Origin: Lysobacterales bacterium
GTDB lineage: Bacteria > Pseudomonadota > Gammaproteobacteria > Xanthomonadales > SZUA-5
Assembly: GCA_022844165.1 (NCBI GenBank)
Contig: JALHMH010000004.1
Coordinates: 96,001-160,000 of the forward strand
Length of the DNA: 64,000 bases
Direction of reading: 5' to 3'
Shown: positions 8,208 through 18,611 of the stretch, piece after piece
Numbering within the stretch: the stretch's first letter is position 1
Layout of the letters: every line of letters begins with the position of its first letter
The notes under the pieces: model-generated
The model's database searches: none
The model's input: the letters and a program-made list of their open reading frames with translations, nothing else
Told to the model about the DNA's origin: nothing
Made by a program: the position numbers and the translations under genes

Positions 8208-11200
8208 ATGAAAAGCACAACGCTCTGGGCCTTGGCTGGATTATTGGCCATCGTACCGTTCGCCCACGCTGCCGAAGAGTTGGTCGCCGTTGAGCGCGAA
8301 TACGTCACGGCGCCGGACGCGCCTGCGCACCAAACCTGGGCGCAGGCCGACGCCAAGAGCGACGGTTGCATGAGTTGCCACTCCACGGTGGACCAAAAAA
8401 CGATGCATGCATCGCCAGCGGTCGTGCTCGGATGCACCGATTGCCACGGTGGTGACGCAACGGTCGTTGGCCCTAAAGACCAAAAGGGCCAAGTGGCGGT
8501 TGCACCGGGCCACGGCGCAGATGCGGATGTTGGTCACGATCACGGCAGTTACGCACCCGACTATTTGGCAGCGATGGAGAAGGCGCATGTGCTACCGCGC
8601 TATCCCGATGCCTGGCACTACCCGCGCTCAAGCAATCCGGAGCGCACTTACACGCTGCTCAATAAGGAGGCGCCTGAGTTTACGCGCTTCATGAATCCGG
8701 GGGATCTGCGCATCGCGCACGAAGCGTGCGGCGCGTGCCACATGCCGATTATTGAGGCAGCGAAACGATCGATCATGGCTTCGAGCGCAATGCTCTGGGG
8801 CGGCGCGTCTTACAACAACGGCATCTTGCCCTACAAGCGCTACATTCTGGGCGAGGCGTACACGCGCGAAGGTGAAGCGGCGACGATTACCTCTTTGGTG
8901 CCGGTGACGCCCGAAATGCAAGTCAAGGGCGCACTGCAACAGCTGGTGCCGCTCCCGGCGTGGGAAGTCATACCGCCGGGCGATATCTTCCGCGTCTTCG
9001 AGCGCGGCGGGCGCAACATCAACACCACGTTTCCAGAGACAGGCCTGCCAAATTCGCTCGGGCAAATCCAGCGACTCGAGGAGCCCGGTCGTCCGGACAT
9101 CAAGCAGTCGAACCGGGGCCCCGGCACTGGTCAACGCATTGCCGTGCCAGTGATCAATATTCTCAAGACGCGGCTCAACGACCCAAATATGTGGTTCCTG
9201 GGCACCAACGATCAGCCCGGCGACTTTCGCAATTCTGGTTGCACAGCGTGCCATGTGCCTTATGCGAATGACCGCGATCCGCGGCACTCCGGGCCTTACG
9301 TACATGCGGGCCATATGGGGCAGAGTCAGCAGGCCGATCCGACGATTCCCAAAGACCGGCCTGGGCATCCGATCAAACACGCCTTCACGCGCTCGATTCC
9401 CACCAGCCAATGCATGATCTGCCACATGCACCAGCCGAATATGTTCGTAAACACGTTCCTGGGCTACACCATGTGGGACTACGAGTCCGACGCGCCGTTC
9501 ATGTGGCCGGAGAAACAGCAGTACCCAAGCCACGTTGAGATGCGCAAGGCACTCGATCGCAACCCCGAAGAGGCGGTGATTCGTGGCAAGTGGGCAGACC
9601 TGGAATTCGTCAAAAAAGTGGCCGAGCTCAATCCACAGTTGAAGGACACTCAATTCGCCGACTATCACGGTCATGGCTGGAATTTCCGCGCCATCTTCAA
9701 ACGCGATCGGAAGGGGAATTTGTTAGATGCCGGCGGGACAATTGTCGAAGACAACGACCCGAAGAAGTTCGAAAAGGCCGTGCATATGTCCTCAATCCAC
9801 GTGGACGTCGGTATGCATTGCGTGGATTGTCACTTCGCGCAGGATATGCACGGAAACGGGCATGTTGTTGGTGAGGTCGCAGCCGGTGTTGAGATCATGT
9901 GCAGCGACTGCCATGGAACGCCGGACAAGTACCCGAGTCTGATCACGTCCGGGCCAATGGCCAGTAAACAAGGACGCAATTTGTCCGACTTACGAAATCC
10001 CGATGGCAAGAAACGTTTCGAGTGGATCGGCGAGAAGCTCATTCAACGTTCGATCATGACACCAGGCCTTGAGTGGGAAATGTCATTGGTCAAAGACACA
10101 TCGAATCCGACCAGTCCCGCCTACAATGTGGTCGCCGACCGGGCGCATACCATGAGTCGAGATAAGGCAACGCAGGCCTTTGGCGTCGACGTGCCGCCTT
10201 CCGACTACGCTCACGGCGAAGACAAAATGCTCTGCTACTCCTGCCACACCAGCTGGACAACCAGTTGCGGTGGCTGCCACTTGCCGATCCAGGCCAACTG
10301 GATGACCAAGCGCAATCACTACGAGGGCGGCACCACACGCAACTACGCGACCTACAATCCGCAGGTCGCGCGCGACGATGTGTTTATGCTGGCCAGGCAC
10401 GGCGAAGTGAAGGACTATAAGATCGCTCCCATGCGTTCCAGCTCGGCGCTGATCCTGTCCAGCACCAACAGCAATCGCGAGAAGATCTACATCCAGCAGC
10501 CACCAATCGCGGCGTCGGGTTATTCAAGTCAGGCGATGGCGCCGCACTATCCGCACACCGAGCGCCGTACCGAGACGAAGACTTGCACCGACTGCCATGT
10601 TTCGAAGGACGGCGATAACAACGCGATCATGGCTCAAGTCTTGGGCCAGGGCACTAAGTTTATGGACTTCCTTGGCTATAACGCGTGGGTTGGTGGCAGT
10701 GGCGAAATCAGTGCCATTCGAGTGACTGAATGGGAGGAGCCGCAGGCCGTTGTCGGAAGTTACTTACATAAGTACGCTTACCCGGATTGGTTCGCCGAAC
10801 ATCAACAGCGCGGTCAGCAGCTCGAGGAGGCGTATCAACATAGCGCAGGCGAAGCGAATTGCATCCAGCTACGGGGAGAGTATCTTTTTGTGGCGGAAGG
10901 CAGTAAAGGCATGCGGGTTTACGACGTCGCGAGCATCGCGAATAAGGGCATCAGCCAGCGCATCATCACCGCACCCTTTTCGCCTGTCGGACACGACACA
11001 CACATTCCGAGCTCGAACGCAACCTGCGTCGTGCTCCCCACAACCCAGCCCGTACAGCCATCGCGCAATCAGGGTGACCTGATGCGCAAAGAGAATTTGG
11101 AGCAGCCGCACTCGCCGATCTATCACTACGCTTTCATCACCGATAGCGAAGAAGGCCTGATTGCGGTCGACATCGACACGCTCCACGATGGCGAACCGCG

Positions 11201-12074
11201 CGACAATTTCCTGACCCGGGCGATGACCTGGAATCCCGATGGTGTGCTCAATGGTGTTCGACATTTGACCATCGCCGGCCATTGGTTTTACGCGACGACG
11301 CCGCGTAGCGTCGAAGTCATCGATATGACCGATCCGCTGCAGCCGCGCCATGTTCGCTCGGTTTCGCTAACCGATGCGCGCGCGAGCCAACAGCAGTTCC
11401 GGTACCTTTTTGTGACCACTGGCCGTGGGCTTGAAGTGCTCGACATCACCCACCCGGAGAAGGCGTATGTCGTGCCGGATGCGTTCATCGCCATCCGTGA
11501 TGCGCACAAGATTCATGTGGCGCGGACGTTTGCGTATGTCGCCGCAGGTAGCGAAGGTCTCGTCATTGTCGACGTGACCAAGCCCACAAGTCCTACGCTC
11601 TACCAGCGCTTCAATGGCGGTGGCGCCATCAGCGATGCACGCGATGTGACGGTCGCTTCCACCAATGCATCACTTTATGCCTATATCGCTGATGGCAAGA
11701 ATGGTTTGCACGTCGTGCAATTGACTGGACCTGAAAACCAGCCGAAGTTCTACGGCTTTAGCCCAGATCCAAAGCCCGTGTTAATCGCTTCGAAGAAGAC
11801 CGCCAAGATCGCGCTTTCTCTCTCTCGTGCGCTGGAGCGTGACCGTGCGGTCGACGAGACCGGTGGCCAGATCGCGGTGCTCGGCCGAGTCGGATCACGC
11901 CCATTCAATGAGGCCGAACAACGCGCATTCTACCTGGACGGGAATGGCAATCCTTGGACAGTCAGCGATCAGGTTGACGGACCGCGTGGTATCACGACGA
12001 AACCTCTGCCGTTCAAGAACAATCGGATTATGGAGATGCAGCAGGGCGCGAATAGCGCTGGTATGCCACATTAG
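8208..12074 (+). CDS. Secreted decaheme cytochrome c with C-terminal LVIVD-repeat beta-propeller
   Basis: Sec signal (…VPFAHA); ten CxxCH motifs (CMSCH, CTDCH, CGACH, CTACH, CMICH, CVDCH, CSDCH, CYSCH, CGGCH, CTDCH); LVIVD repeats such as AYVAAGSEGLVIVDVTKP. Confidence 0.85.
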   Translation: MKSTTLWALAGLLAIVPFAHAAEELVAVEREYVTAPDAPAHQTWAQADAKSDGCMSCHSTVDQKTMHASPAVVLGCTDCHGGDATVVGPKDQKGQVAVAPGHGADADVGHDHGSYAPDYLAAMEKAHVLPRYPDAWHYPRSSNPERTYTLLNKEAPEFTRFMNPGDLRIAHEACGACHMPIIEAAKRSIMASSAMLWGGASYNNGILPYKRYILGEAYTREGEAATITSLVPVTPEMQVKGALQQLVPLPAWEVIPPGDIFRVFERGGRNINTTFPETGLPNSLGQIQRLEEPGRPDIKQSNRGPGTGQRIAVPVINILKTRLNDPNMWFLGTNDQPGDFRNSGCTACHVPYANDRDPRHSGPYVHAGHMGQSQQADPTIPKDRPGHPIKHAFTRSIPTSQCMICHMHQPNMFVNTFLGYTMWDYESDAPFMWPEKQQYPSHVEMRKALDRNPEEAVIRGKWADLEFVKKVAELNPQLKDTQFADYHGHGWNFRAIFKRDRKGNLLDAGGTIVEDNDPKKFEKAVHMSSIHVDVGMHCVDCHFAQDMHGNGHVVGEVAAGVEIMCSDCHGTPDKYPSLITSGPMASKQGRNLSDLRNPDGKKRFEWIGEKLIQRSIMTPGLEWEMSLVKDTSNPTSPAYNVVADRAHTMSRDKATQAFGVDVPPSDYAHGEDKMLCYSCHTSWTTSCGGCHLPIQANWMTKRNHYEGGTTRNYATYNPQVARDDVFMLARHGEVKDYKIAPMRSSSALILSSTNSNREKIYIQQPPIAASGYSSQAMAPHYPHTERRTETKTCTDCHVSKDGDNNAIMAQVLGQGTKFMDFLGYNAWVGGSGEISAIRVTEWEEPQAVVGSYLHKYAYPDWFAEHQQRGQQLEEAYQHSAGEANCIQLRGEYLFVAEGSKGMRVYDVASIANKGISQRIITAPFSPVGHDTHIPSSNATCVVLPTTQPVQPSRNQGDLMRKENLEQPHSPIYHYAFITDSEEGLIAVDIDTLHDGEPRDNFLTRAMTWNPDGVLNGVRHLTIAGHWFYATTPRSVEVIDMTDPLQPRHVRSVSLTDARASQQQFRYLFVTTGRGLEVLDITHPEKAYVVPDAFIAIRDAHKIHVARTFAYVAAGSEGLVIVDVTKPTSPTLYQRFNGGGAISDARDVTVASTNASLYAYIADGKNGLHVVQLTGPENQPKFYGFSPDPKPVLIASKKTAKIALSLSRALERDRAVDETGGQIAVLGRVGSRPFNEAEQRAFYLDGNGNPWTVSDQVDGPRGITTKPLPFKNNRIMEMQQGANSAGMPH

Positions 12075-12119
12075 TTCGGGTGTGAGAATGAGACGACGTT
12101 AACAGCGACTCGCCTTCGT

Positions 12120-13256
12120 TCAAAGCAGGTGACGTTGCCCAGGCGCCGACAGCTGTGGCAGCGGCGGCATGTTCGCGGTGCCTGCGATCATGAGTTTGAA
12201 GCGCTCGCCCATTTCGCCAGGTAACATGAGGCGCTTTAGAGCGCCGGTGAGTTGCAGGCGCGAACGATCCTCCAGGGTGGCCAGTTCGGCGAAAATGGTG
12301 GGTAGATCCTGGCGCAACATGAAGCCGGCCTGCGTGTCGTAAGTGAGCAGGTGCAGTTTCGCGGCGGTCAGAGCTTCTGCAAGGGCGGTAAAGTCGACGA
12401 ATGCGGAGATGTCGTTCAGGCCGGGCAAAAAAAACGGGTCGTCATGGGCCCGATGTTGGTGATGGCAGATCAGTGTTCCTTGATCGCGTTCGGGCCGGTA
12501 ATACTCGGCTCGCCCATAGCCATAGTCGCAAAACAGTGCGATTCCGCGACGCAGTTGCGCTGTCACCGTTGCGATAAAGGACGGCAGCACCGTTGCAACC
12601 TCGCTGGCGTAGCCATGGGGCAGCTTGCGTCCGAGGCTGGATTCGATGTGGCGCACAGCGGCCGCGAGCGCCGGCGTCGCGGATCGATTTTGCCAACGCA
12701 AACCAATGTCGAACGCCACTGCGCGTTCGAGTACGGTGCCATCGTCAATGCAAAAACATTCCACCGCGAGCGCGTCGAGCACCTCATTGCCGATGACCAC
12801 GCCATCGAATGGCGATGTCGGCGGCGCATCCAGGAACTCAACATCGAATCCTGCCAATCGTTGGGCCTGGCGCGCGCGCAAATCGCCACTGCGATCGAGC
12901 ATGCAATAGCGTACCGGTGCAACGCGTAATCCGCGCAAAGTCGAAAGAAGGTCGGCGGCCAGGGCGCCACTGCCGCCGCCGAGTTCGAGGATGGTCGGGT
13001 GGTCGAAGGCTCGTAGCACGGGTGCGATCGCGTGTGCGATCACGCGCGCAAAAGCCGGCCCCAGTTCGGGTGCCGTGACGAAGTCGCCTGCGGCGCCGAA
13101 CTTGGTCGCGCCGCCGCTGTAGTAGCCCAGTCCCGGCGCATACAGCGCAAGGTCCATATACCGCGCAAAGGAAATCGCACCGGTGCCGACCTGTGTGCGA
13201 ATTCGCTCGACGAGCGTGGCGCAATGCGCCATCGCTTCGGCATCGGGCCCGCTCAA
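12120..13256 (-). CDS. SAM-dependent methyltransferase, MidA/NDUFAF7 family
   Basis: ISFARYMDLALYAPGLGYY, GDFVTAPE, ELGGGSG, NEVLDAL, DYG, PGEMGERFK; TTG start overlapping the upstream stop (alternative ATG 13232). Confidence 0.85.
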   Translation of the reverse strand: MSGPDAEAMAHCATLVERIRTQVGTGAISFARYMDLALYAPGLGYYSGGATKFGAAGDFVTAPELGPAFARVIAHAIAPVLRAFDHPTILELGGGSGALAADLLSTLRGLRVAPVRYCMLDRSGDLRARQAQRLAGFDVEFLDAPPTSPFDGVVIGNEVLDALAVECFCIDDGTVLERAVAFDIGLRWQNRSATPALAAAVRHIESSLGRKLPHGYASEVATVLPSFIATVTAQLRRGIALFCDYGYGRAEYYRPERDQGTLICHHQHRAHDDPFFLPGLNDISAFVDFTALAEALTAAKLHLLTYDTQAGFMLRQDLPTIFAELATLEDRSRLQLTGALKRLMLPGEMGERFKLMIAGTANMPPLPQLSAPGQRHLL

Positions 13257-13675
13257 AACGCGATGCCGGCCTTGCGAAAGGCCTTGGCCAGCAAGAACAC
13301 CGGACCGATCATCAGGAAGCGAAGGTCGTCCAGAAACGATGGCTTTTTGCCTTCGATTGCGTGACCGATGAACTGAAAAATCCAGGTCAGGACAAACAAC
13401 ACAATCGCCGTCCAATGCAGGTACGGCACATAGGCGAAAGACCATAGGCACAATGCGGCGAACAGCAGCATGGCAGCCGTCATTGGCAGGGACAGTGTTG
13501 CGTAGTAAACGAGCCCTGCGACCGCAGACGCGTAGGCCAGGTAAGGGTGAGCCCAATACAGGATCGCGAGTACGCACCAGACGATGATCGGCACGCAGAT
13601 CCAATGGATCAGAATGTTGGTTGGGTTGCGATGGGATTCGGCGTATTGGCCGATCAGCTGATCGATGGTGCGCAT
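13253..13675 (-). CDS. DUF962/Mpo1-like membrane protein
   Basis: YAESHRNPTNILIHWICVP and QFIGHAIEGKKPSF motifs. Confidence 0.85.
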   Translation of the reverse strand: MRTIDQLIGQYAESHRNPTNILIHWICVPIIVWCVLAILYWAHPYLAYASAVAGLVYYATLSLPMTAAMLLFAALCLWSFAYVPYLHWTAIVLFVLTWIFQFIGHAIEGKKPSFLDDLRFLMIGPVFLLAKAFRKAGIAF

Positions 13676-13706
13676 TTGTCGGACCTTGCGAAGGTGTTTG
13701 GGAACC

Positions 13707-14303
13707 TCAGGGTTTCATTGCCGTGCGGCCATGAAAGGCATGCGCGAGCGTGCCGCGATCAATGTACTCCAACTCGCCTCCGACGGGAACGCCATGTGCG
13801 ATTCGACTGACGTCAACGCCGGCCGAGCGCGCGAGTTCGCCCAGATAATGTGCGGTTGCTTCGCCTTCTACGGTGGGATTGGTGGCGATGATCATCTCTT
13901 TGACGTCGCCCTCGGCCAGGCGTTGCGCCAGGTGATCCAGGCCTATTTCGCGCGGACCGCGGCCATCCAACGGCGACAGGCGCCCATGCAGCACGAAATA
14001 CAGGCCGCGATATCCGGTGGCTTGTTCCAGCGCGTACAAATCAGCGCTGGTTTCGACGACACAGAGCTGATGCGGATCGCGGCTTGCGCTGGCGCAGATC
14101 GGGCACACTGGCGTTTCGGAGAACGTCCGACATCGGGTACAACGGCCTATGCGGTCGCTGGCCTCGATCAGCTTTTCGGCCAGGCGTTTCGCCGGCGCAC
14201 GATCGCGATCGAGCAGATGAAATGCCATGCGCTGCGCGCTCTTTGCGCCAACGCCGGGCAGGCAGCGCAGGGCTTGGATCAACTCCTCCAGCAACGGACT
14301 CAT
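13707..14303 (-). CDS. recR: Recombination mediator RecR
   Basis: [12 protein letters not shown]4 zinc finger, [18 protein letters not shown]; lies in dnaX-ybaB-recR. Confidence 0.97.
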   Translation of the reverse strand: MSPLLEELIQALRCLPGVGAKSAQRMAFHLLDRDRAPAKRLAEKLIEASDRIGRCTRCRTFSETPVCPICASASRDPHQLCVVETSADLYALEQATGYRGLYFVLHGRLSPLDGRGPREIGLDHLAQRLAEGDVKEMIIATNPTVEGEATAHYLGELARSAGVDVSRIAHGVPVGGELEYIDRGTLAHAFHGRTAMKP

Positions 14304-14319
14304 GATTGTAGCGCCGTGG

Positions 14320-14655
14320 TCAGAACGGTAGCTTCATTCCCGGCGGCAATGGCATTCCGGCGGTCGCCTTTTGCATCCGCGCCTGAGAGACCTCGGCAAC
14401 TTTGTTCACCGCGTCGTTAATGGCGGCAGCCAGCAAGTCCTCGACCATTTCCGGATCGTCCTTGAGCAGTTGCGGATCAATGCGCACGCGACGCGCTTCA
14501 TGGCGCCCGCTCATCACCACGCTGACCATTCCACCGCCAGCGCTGCCGGTGACCTCGGTTTGTTCCAGCTCACGTTGCGCTTGCGCCATGTTGCGCTGCA
14601 GTTCTTCCTGCATTTTTTGCGCTTGTTGCAATAGATTTCCCAGTCCACCACGCAT
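14320..14655 (-). CDS. ybaB: Nucleoid-associated protein YbaB/EbfC
   Basis: [25 protein letters not shown]. Confidence 0.95.
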   Translation of the reverse strand: MRGGLGNLLQQAQKMQEELQRNMAQAQRELEQTEVTGSAGGGMVSVVMSGRHEARRVRIDPQLLKDDPEMVEDLLAAAINDAVNKVAEVSQARMQKATAGMPLPPGMKLPF

Positions 14656-14671
14656 AGGAGCCACCTCTGTC

Positions 14672-16249
14672 TCAGTTCAATTTCAGACTACCGGGCACCG
14701 GTTTGGCGCCGAGCTCATGGATTAATGCCGACGCCACGGGATCGGCGAGCAACGTAGCCTCGGCAGCGCTCTGTCTGGCTTGCGTCTGGCGTTGCGCGCG
14801 GTCAGCAAAGGTCTCACCAGCAACCTTGGTGCGCTGAATATCAATGCTCGCGGCGGTCCCAAGTGCGCGCCGAATCCCTTCCTCAAGTCCGTTTCGCGCT
14901 AATTGTGTATTGACGGCATCCAGGTTCGGCGCGAGGGCTAAGATCCAGCGTTCGCCCTGGCAGTCGACTGGCTTGAGTTGCGCTGCGAGTTCTCGCGCCG
15001 GGCCGCGCAATTCGGCGCGATCCAAGGCATCGAACCAGCGCTGTTCAATTGCATTGGCAGGCGTAGTGCTTGCTGCCGCCGGCTGGGCCGTCGCAGCCGA
15101 GCTCTGTGGTGCCGCTGATCTGGTCTGAGAGGGGCTCGGCCTGGCTCGTACCGGAGCAGAACCGCTGCCGGGTCGGAACGCCAGCAGGCGCAACATCGCC
15201 ATGTCGAAACCGGTCCTGTGATCTGGCGAGTAGTCCAGATCGCGCCGTGCAAGCAACGTTATCTGATAGTAGACCTGGACCACCTCGGGCGCCAATGCAC
15301 CCGCGAACTCGACAAGCGTCGCCGTATCGAGCACATCCGAATCGACGCTCTCTCCCAAAACCTGCCGTGCTGCAACGTCGTGCCAAAGACGCATCATCTC
15401 CACGAGTACGCTGCCATAACCCACGCCCATCATGGCGACACGCTCAAGTTCAACTTTGAGTTTGCTGCCGTCGCCCGCAACGAGTGCCCGCGCTATGCCT
15501 AGCAGGGCATCGCGGTCGATCGTGCCGAGCATTGAGGCGACATCCTCGGCCTTGACGCTGCCGCCACCGAATGCCAGCGCTTGATCCAGCAAGCTCAAGC
15601 CATCGCGCAGGCTGCCATCGGCTGCGCGTGCCAATGCGTCGATACCTGCAGCTTCGTAAGCGATACCTTCGGCATCCAGGATGTGGTGCATTTGTCCGGC
15701 AATTTCTGCGCGTTCCAGGCGTTTCAAACTGAATTGCAAGCACCGCGACAAGACCGTGACCGGGACTTTTTGCGGGTCAGTCGTCGCGAGCAGAAATTTC
15801 ACATGCGGCGGTGGTTCTTCCAGCGTCTTCAGCAACGCGTTGAAGCTTGCCGTGGACAGCATGTGGACTTCGTCGATCAAGTAGACCTTGTAGCGCCCAC
15901 GGCCTGGCGCATAAACAACGGAGTCCAACAGATCACGGGTTTCGTCGACTTTCGAACGCGAAGCGGCGTCGATTTCCATCAAGTCAACGAAGCGCCCGGC
16001 GTCGATGTCGGTACACGCCGAACAAACACCGCAGGGTTCGGTGCTTACGCCGCGTTCGCAGTTAAGTGCCTTGGCCAAGATCCGCGCGATCGTCGTCTTG
16101 CCAACGCCGCGCGTTCCGGTAAACAAAAACGCATGGTGGAGGCGACCGGTTTCGATACCATTGACCAATGCGCGCACGACGTGTTTTTGGCCCACGAGTT
16201 CCGAGAATCGTTTTGGGCGCCACTTTCGAGCGAGGACAAGATAGGTCAT
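14672..16249 (-). CDS. dnaX: DNA polymerase III subunit gamma/tau
   Basis: [25 protein letters not shown] motif. Confidence 0.97.
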   Translation of the reverse strand: MTYLVLARKWRPKRFSELVGQKHVVRALVNGIETGRLHHAFLFTGTRGVGKTTIARILAKALNCERGVSTEPCGVCSACTDIDAGRFVDLMEIDAASRSKVDETRDLLDSVVYAPGRGRYKVYLIDEVHMLSTASFNALLKTLEEPPPHVKFLLATTDPQKVPVTVLSRCLQFSLKRLERAEIAGQMHHILDAEGIAYEAAGIDALARAADGSLRDGLSLLDQALAFGGGSVKAEDVASMLGTIDRDALLGIARALVAGDGSKLKVELERVAMMGVGYGSVLVEMMRLWHDVAARQVLGESVDSDVLDTATLVEFAGALAPEVVQVYYQITLLARRDLDYSPDHRTGFDMAMLRLLAFRPGSGSAPVRARPSPSQTRSAAPQSSAATAQPAAASTTPANAIEQRWFDALDRAELRGPARELAAQLKPVDCQGERWILALAPNLDAVNTQLARNGLEEGIRRALGTAASIDIQRTKVAGETFADRAQRQTQARQSAAEATLLADPVASALIHELGAKPVPGSLKLN

Positions 16250-16350
16250 TGGTTGGCGGCTGAAGATTATGGGGGTGACGGTGGGTGAAGTAGTTGTGGC
16301 TGTTCAGTTGTGAATAGTCGATGGGTTGCCTCGTCGGCAGCCTCCAATAC

Positions 16351-16497
16351 GCTGTTGAGAAAGTGCTTTCCTGCACCTTCTCAACGTCACAAATCCGGGA
16401 TAGATCTAAATAAATCAAGCACGTGCGTGCTAGATTCATGTGCTGCTCGATTCATGTGCCATCCATGGTTCGCGCTGGCAGGCTGTTTCTCAACAGC
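16351..16497. mobile_element. Possible MITE / IS-end remnant
   Basis: Perfect 12-bp inverted ends GCTGTTGAGAAA (16351-16362) and TTTCTCAACAGC (16486-16497) around a less GC-rich non-coding core; no transposase; no clear target duplication. Confidence 0.4.
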
Positions 16498-16504
16498 CCC
16501 AACC

Positions 16505-16984
16505 TCACTTGTTCCGTTCGCGCAATATCCGCGCTTTATCGCGTTGCCAGTCGCGATCTTTCTCCGACTCGCGTTTGTCGTGCAGCTTTTTGCCTTTGGC
16601 CAGGCCTAGTTCAACTTTGACGCGATTGCCTTTCCAGTACAACTTGAGCGGAATGACCGTGTAGCCCTTACGCTCCACCGCTCCGATCAGTCGATCGAGT
16701 TCGGCGCGATGAAGCAGTAATTTGCGGTTGCGCAATTTGTCGGCAATGACATGCGTCGAGGCTGAAATCAGTGGCGTGATCTGCGCGCCGAATAGATACG
16801 CTTCGCCGTCTCGAAGCAGCGCATAACTCTCGCCGAACTGAACGCGACCGTCGCGCAGGCTCTTCACTTCCCAGCCTTGCAGCGCTAAGCCAGCCTCCAG
16901 GCGCTCATCGATGTGGTAGTCGAAGCGAGCGCGTTTGTTCACAGCGATGTCGCCACCTGCGCTATCTTTTTTGTTCTTGCTCAC
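16505..16984 (-). CDS. smpB: SsrA-binding protein
   Basis: [38 protein letters not shown]; GTG start at 16984. Confidence 0.97.
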   Translation of the reverse strand: MSKNKKDSAGGDIAVNKRARFDYHIDERLEAGLALQGWEVKSLRDGRVQFGESYALLRDGEAYLFGAQITPLISASTHVIADKLRNRKLLLHRAELDRLIGAVERKGYTVIPLKLYWKGNRVKVELGLAKGKKLHDKRESEKDRDWQRDKARILRERNK

Positions 16985-17001
16985 GATGTTCGAACTTTCT
17001 G

Positions 17002-17454
17002 GTGACTGCCCTGTCCGCCAACGAAACACGGATCTCACGCAGCATACTGGTGGGATTTACGCCCGCGCAGATGTTTGCGCTTGTGGCAGATGTGGAGGCA
17101 TACCCGAACCGCTTCAACTGGTGCGATGCCGCCGCCGTCGATCGGACGCAGCATAACCGGGTCAAGGCAAGCTTGTCAGTGCGAGTGCTGGGTATCGCCG
17201 TTCGGTTTACCACAATGAATACTGAGCGACCACCGGAGGAAATTGTGTTGGCGCTTGAGGAAGGGCCGTTTCGACACCTGCAGGGCAAGTGGTCTTTTGT
17301 CCCGATCGGCCAATCGGGTTGCCGCGTATCGCTCGATCTTCGGTTCGAAACCACTCGGGGGTTGGTTGCCCATGCGGTGGCTGTTGCATTCGCGCAGATT
17401 GCCGATCGCATGGTCGACGATTTTGCCAAGGCGGCGAAAGATGCCTACCGTTGA
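17002..17454 (+). CDS. ratA: RatA/PasT (Coq10-like START domain) protein
   Basis: [24 protein letters not shown]; divergent from smpB as usual. Confidence 0.9.
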   Translation: MTALSANETRISRSILVGFTPAQMFALVADVEAYPNRFNWCDAAAVDRTQHNRVKASLSVRVLGIAVRFTTMNTERPPEEIVLALEEGPFRHLQGKWSFVPIGQSGCRVSLDLRFETTRGLVAHAVAVAFAQIADRMVDDFAKAAKDAYR

Positions 17455-17692
17455 GGTTGTCTTGGCATGGCCACATCGTTGCGATCGGGTCACACTGACG
17501 GTGGCAGACGGCGCTACCGTGGCTGACGCGCTGATTCTGAGCGGCTTACCGGTGGATCCGGAAATCGGCGTGGGCGTGTTCGGCGCGCGAGTCTCGTTGA
17601 ACACACAGCTGGTCGATGGCGATCGCGTCGAAATCTATCGCCCACTGCAATTCGACCCCATGGAGGCACGACGCAGGCGGGCCAGGCGCTGA
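17441..17692 (+). CDS. rnfH: RnfH/RatB ubiquitin-like protein
   Basis: GVFG, GDRVEIYRPL, DPMEARRRRA; ATG 17441 overlaps ratA. Confidence 0.9.
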   Translation: MPTVEVVLAWPHRCDRVTLTVADGATVADALILSGLPVDPEIGVGVFGARVSLNTQLVDGDRVEIYRPLQFDPMEARRRRARR

Positions 17693-17740
17693 GGCGAAGG
17701 GCCTTTTGTGGCGAAGCCTCACTAAATTGGTGATGGCGCC

Positions 17741-18295
17741 TCAACCAAGCGGCCGCAGCACATCAATGGCGAACTCTGGTTCATAGGGCGGCACACTGCA
17801 CTCCACCACATCACCCGGAGCGATTTGCAATTTAACGCCGATGACATCGCCGTGGATCGGCAGTTGCGTCACGCAGCGGTCGGCCAGGACCACGCTATGG
17901 ACGCTCGCGGCGCCGGCCGCGCGCAGGTATTCGGCAACCCGGAAAAGCGAGTAACCCTGGTATAGAACATCGTCGACCACGAATACCTGGCGATTCCGTA
18001 CTTTGCTTGAAATATCCAGAGTCGTGTCCAGGCGCGTTTCCGGATGCAGAAGCTTCAAGTCGTCGGAGTAGCGTTTGACCATGAGATCAAGGCGCTCGAA
18101 AGACGATGCCTGTTCTTGATTGGTCAGCTTTTCGAGCATCCGGTCTGCCAAAGGCGACCCGCGGCGCAACATGCCCAGCAGCAATGGACGTTGTGTCTCG
18201 ATCAGCGCGGCCAAATGCCGTGCCATGCGCTCGATCACGGGTTCGAGCGCTGCGTGGTCGTACAGGCGAAAGCGTGTGCCAATCACCTCGGTCAT
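17741..18295 (-). CDS. PyrR-like phosphoribosyltransferase
   Basis: LLGMLRRGSPLA, RYSDDL, PRPP loop VFVVDDVLYQG, LADR..LPI..D; start ATG 18295. Confidence 0.8.
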   Translation of the reverse strand: MTEVIGTRFRLYDHAALEPVIERMARHLAALIETQRPLLLGMLRRGSPLADRMLEKLTNQEQASSFERLDLMVKRYSDDLKLLHPETRLDTTLDISSKVRNRQVFVVDDVLYQGYSLFRVAEYLRAAGAASVHSVVLADRCVTQLPIHGDVIGVKLQIAPGDVVECSVPPYEPEFAIDVLRPLG

Positions 18296-18545
18296 TGTGC
18301 TCGTCCGGCGGTCAGTGCTGAAGTGCATTGTGACATAAGCGCACCATCTGATCGGCCGTCGATCATGCGGCACGGCGCTTTGGAACCTGGGCTCACCTTT
18401 CATGAGTACCTTCACCCGCCGCATTGTTCGAATCTGGCGGTCGCCTCGACTGGCCGCTCTTGTGGAAACCGATGGTGCGGGTGCCCGCGCCCGCGTGCCG
18501 TACACTCAATTGACCTCTGGGAAAGCTGAATTTCCCGATCGAGAG

Positions 18546-18559
18546 TTGATCTTTGTCAA
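18546..18559 (+). promoter_or_regulatory. FNR/ANR-type binding site upstream of ccoN
   Basis: TTGAT-CTTT-GTCAA against consensus TTGAT-N4-ATCAA, about 50 nt before ccoN. Confidence 0.75.
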
Positions 18560-18611
18560 CCGCCGTCTGCGAACGCCGAAGGAGCATGGCGCCACCAAAT
18601 AAGGAGGTGCT

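Noticed and set aside
13257-13604. 494-aa extended methyltransferase overlapping DUF962
   Set aside because: The extension lies over the DUF962 gene in another frame; family similarity starts near 13256.
14672-16249. Programmed -1 frameshift in dnaX
   Set aside because: No A AAA AAG site seen; the only similar run (CAAAAAG near 15766-15772) lies within the ATPase domain.
16250-16504. tmRNA, SRP RNA or tRNA next to smpB/dnaX
   Set aside because: No recognisable tmRNA ends, SRP GGAAGG loop or cloverleaf found by eye.
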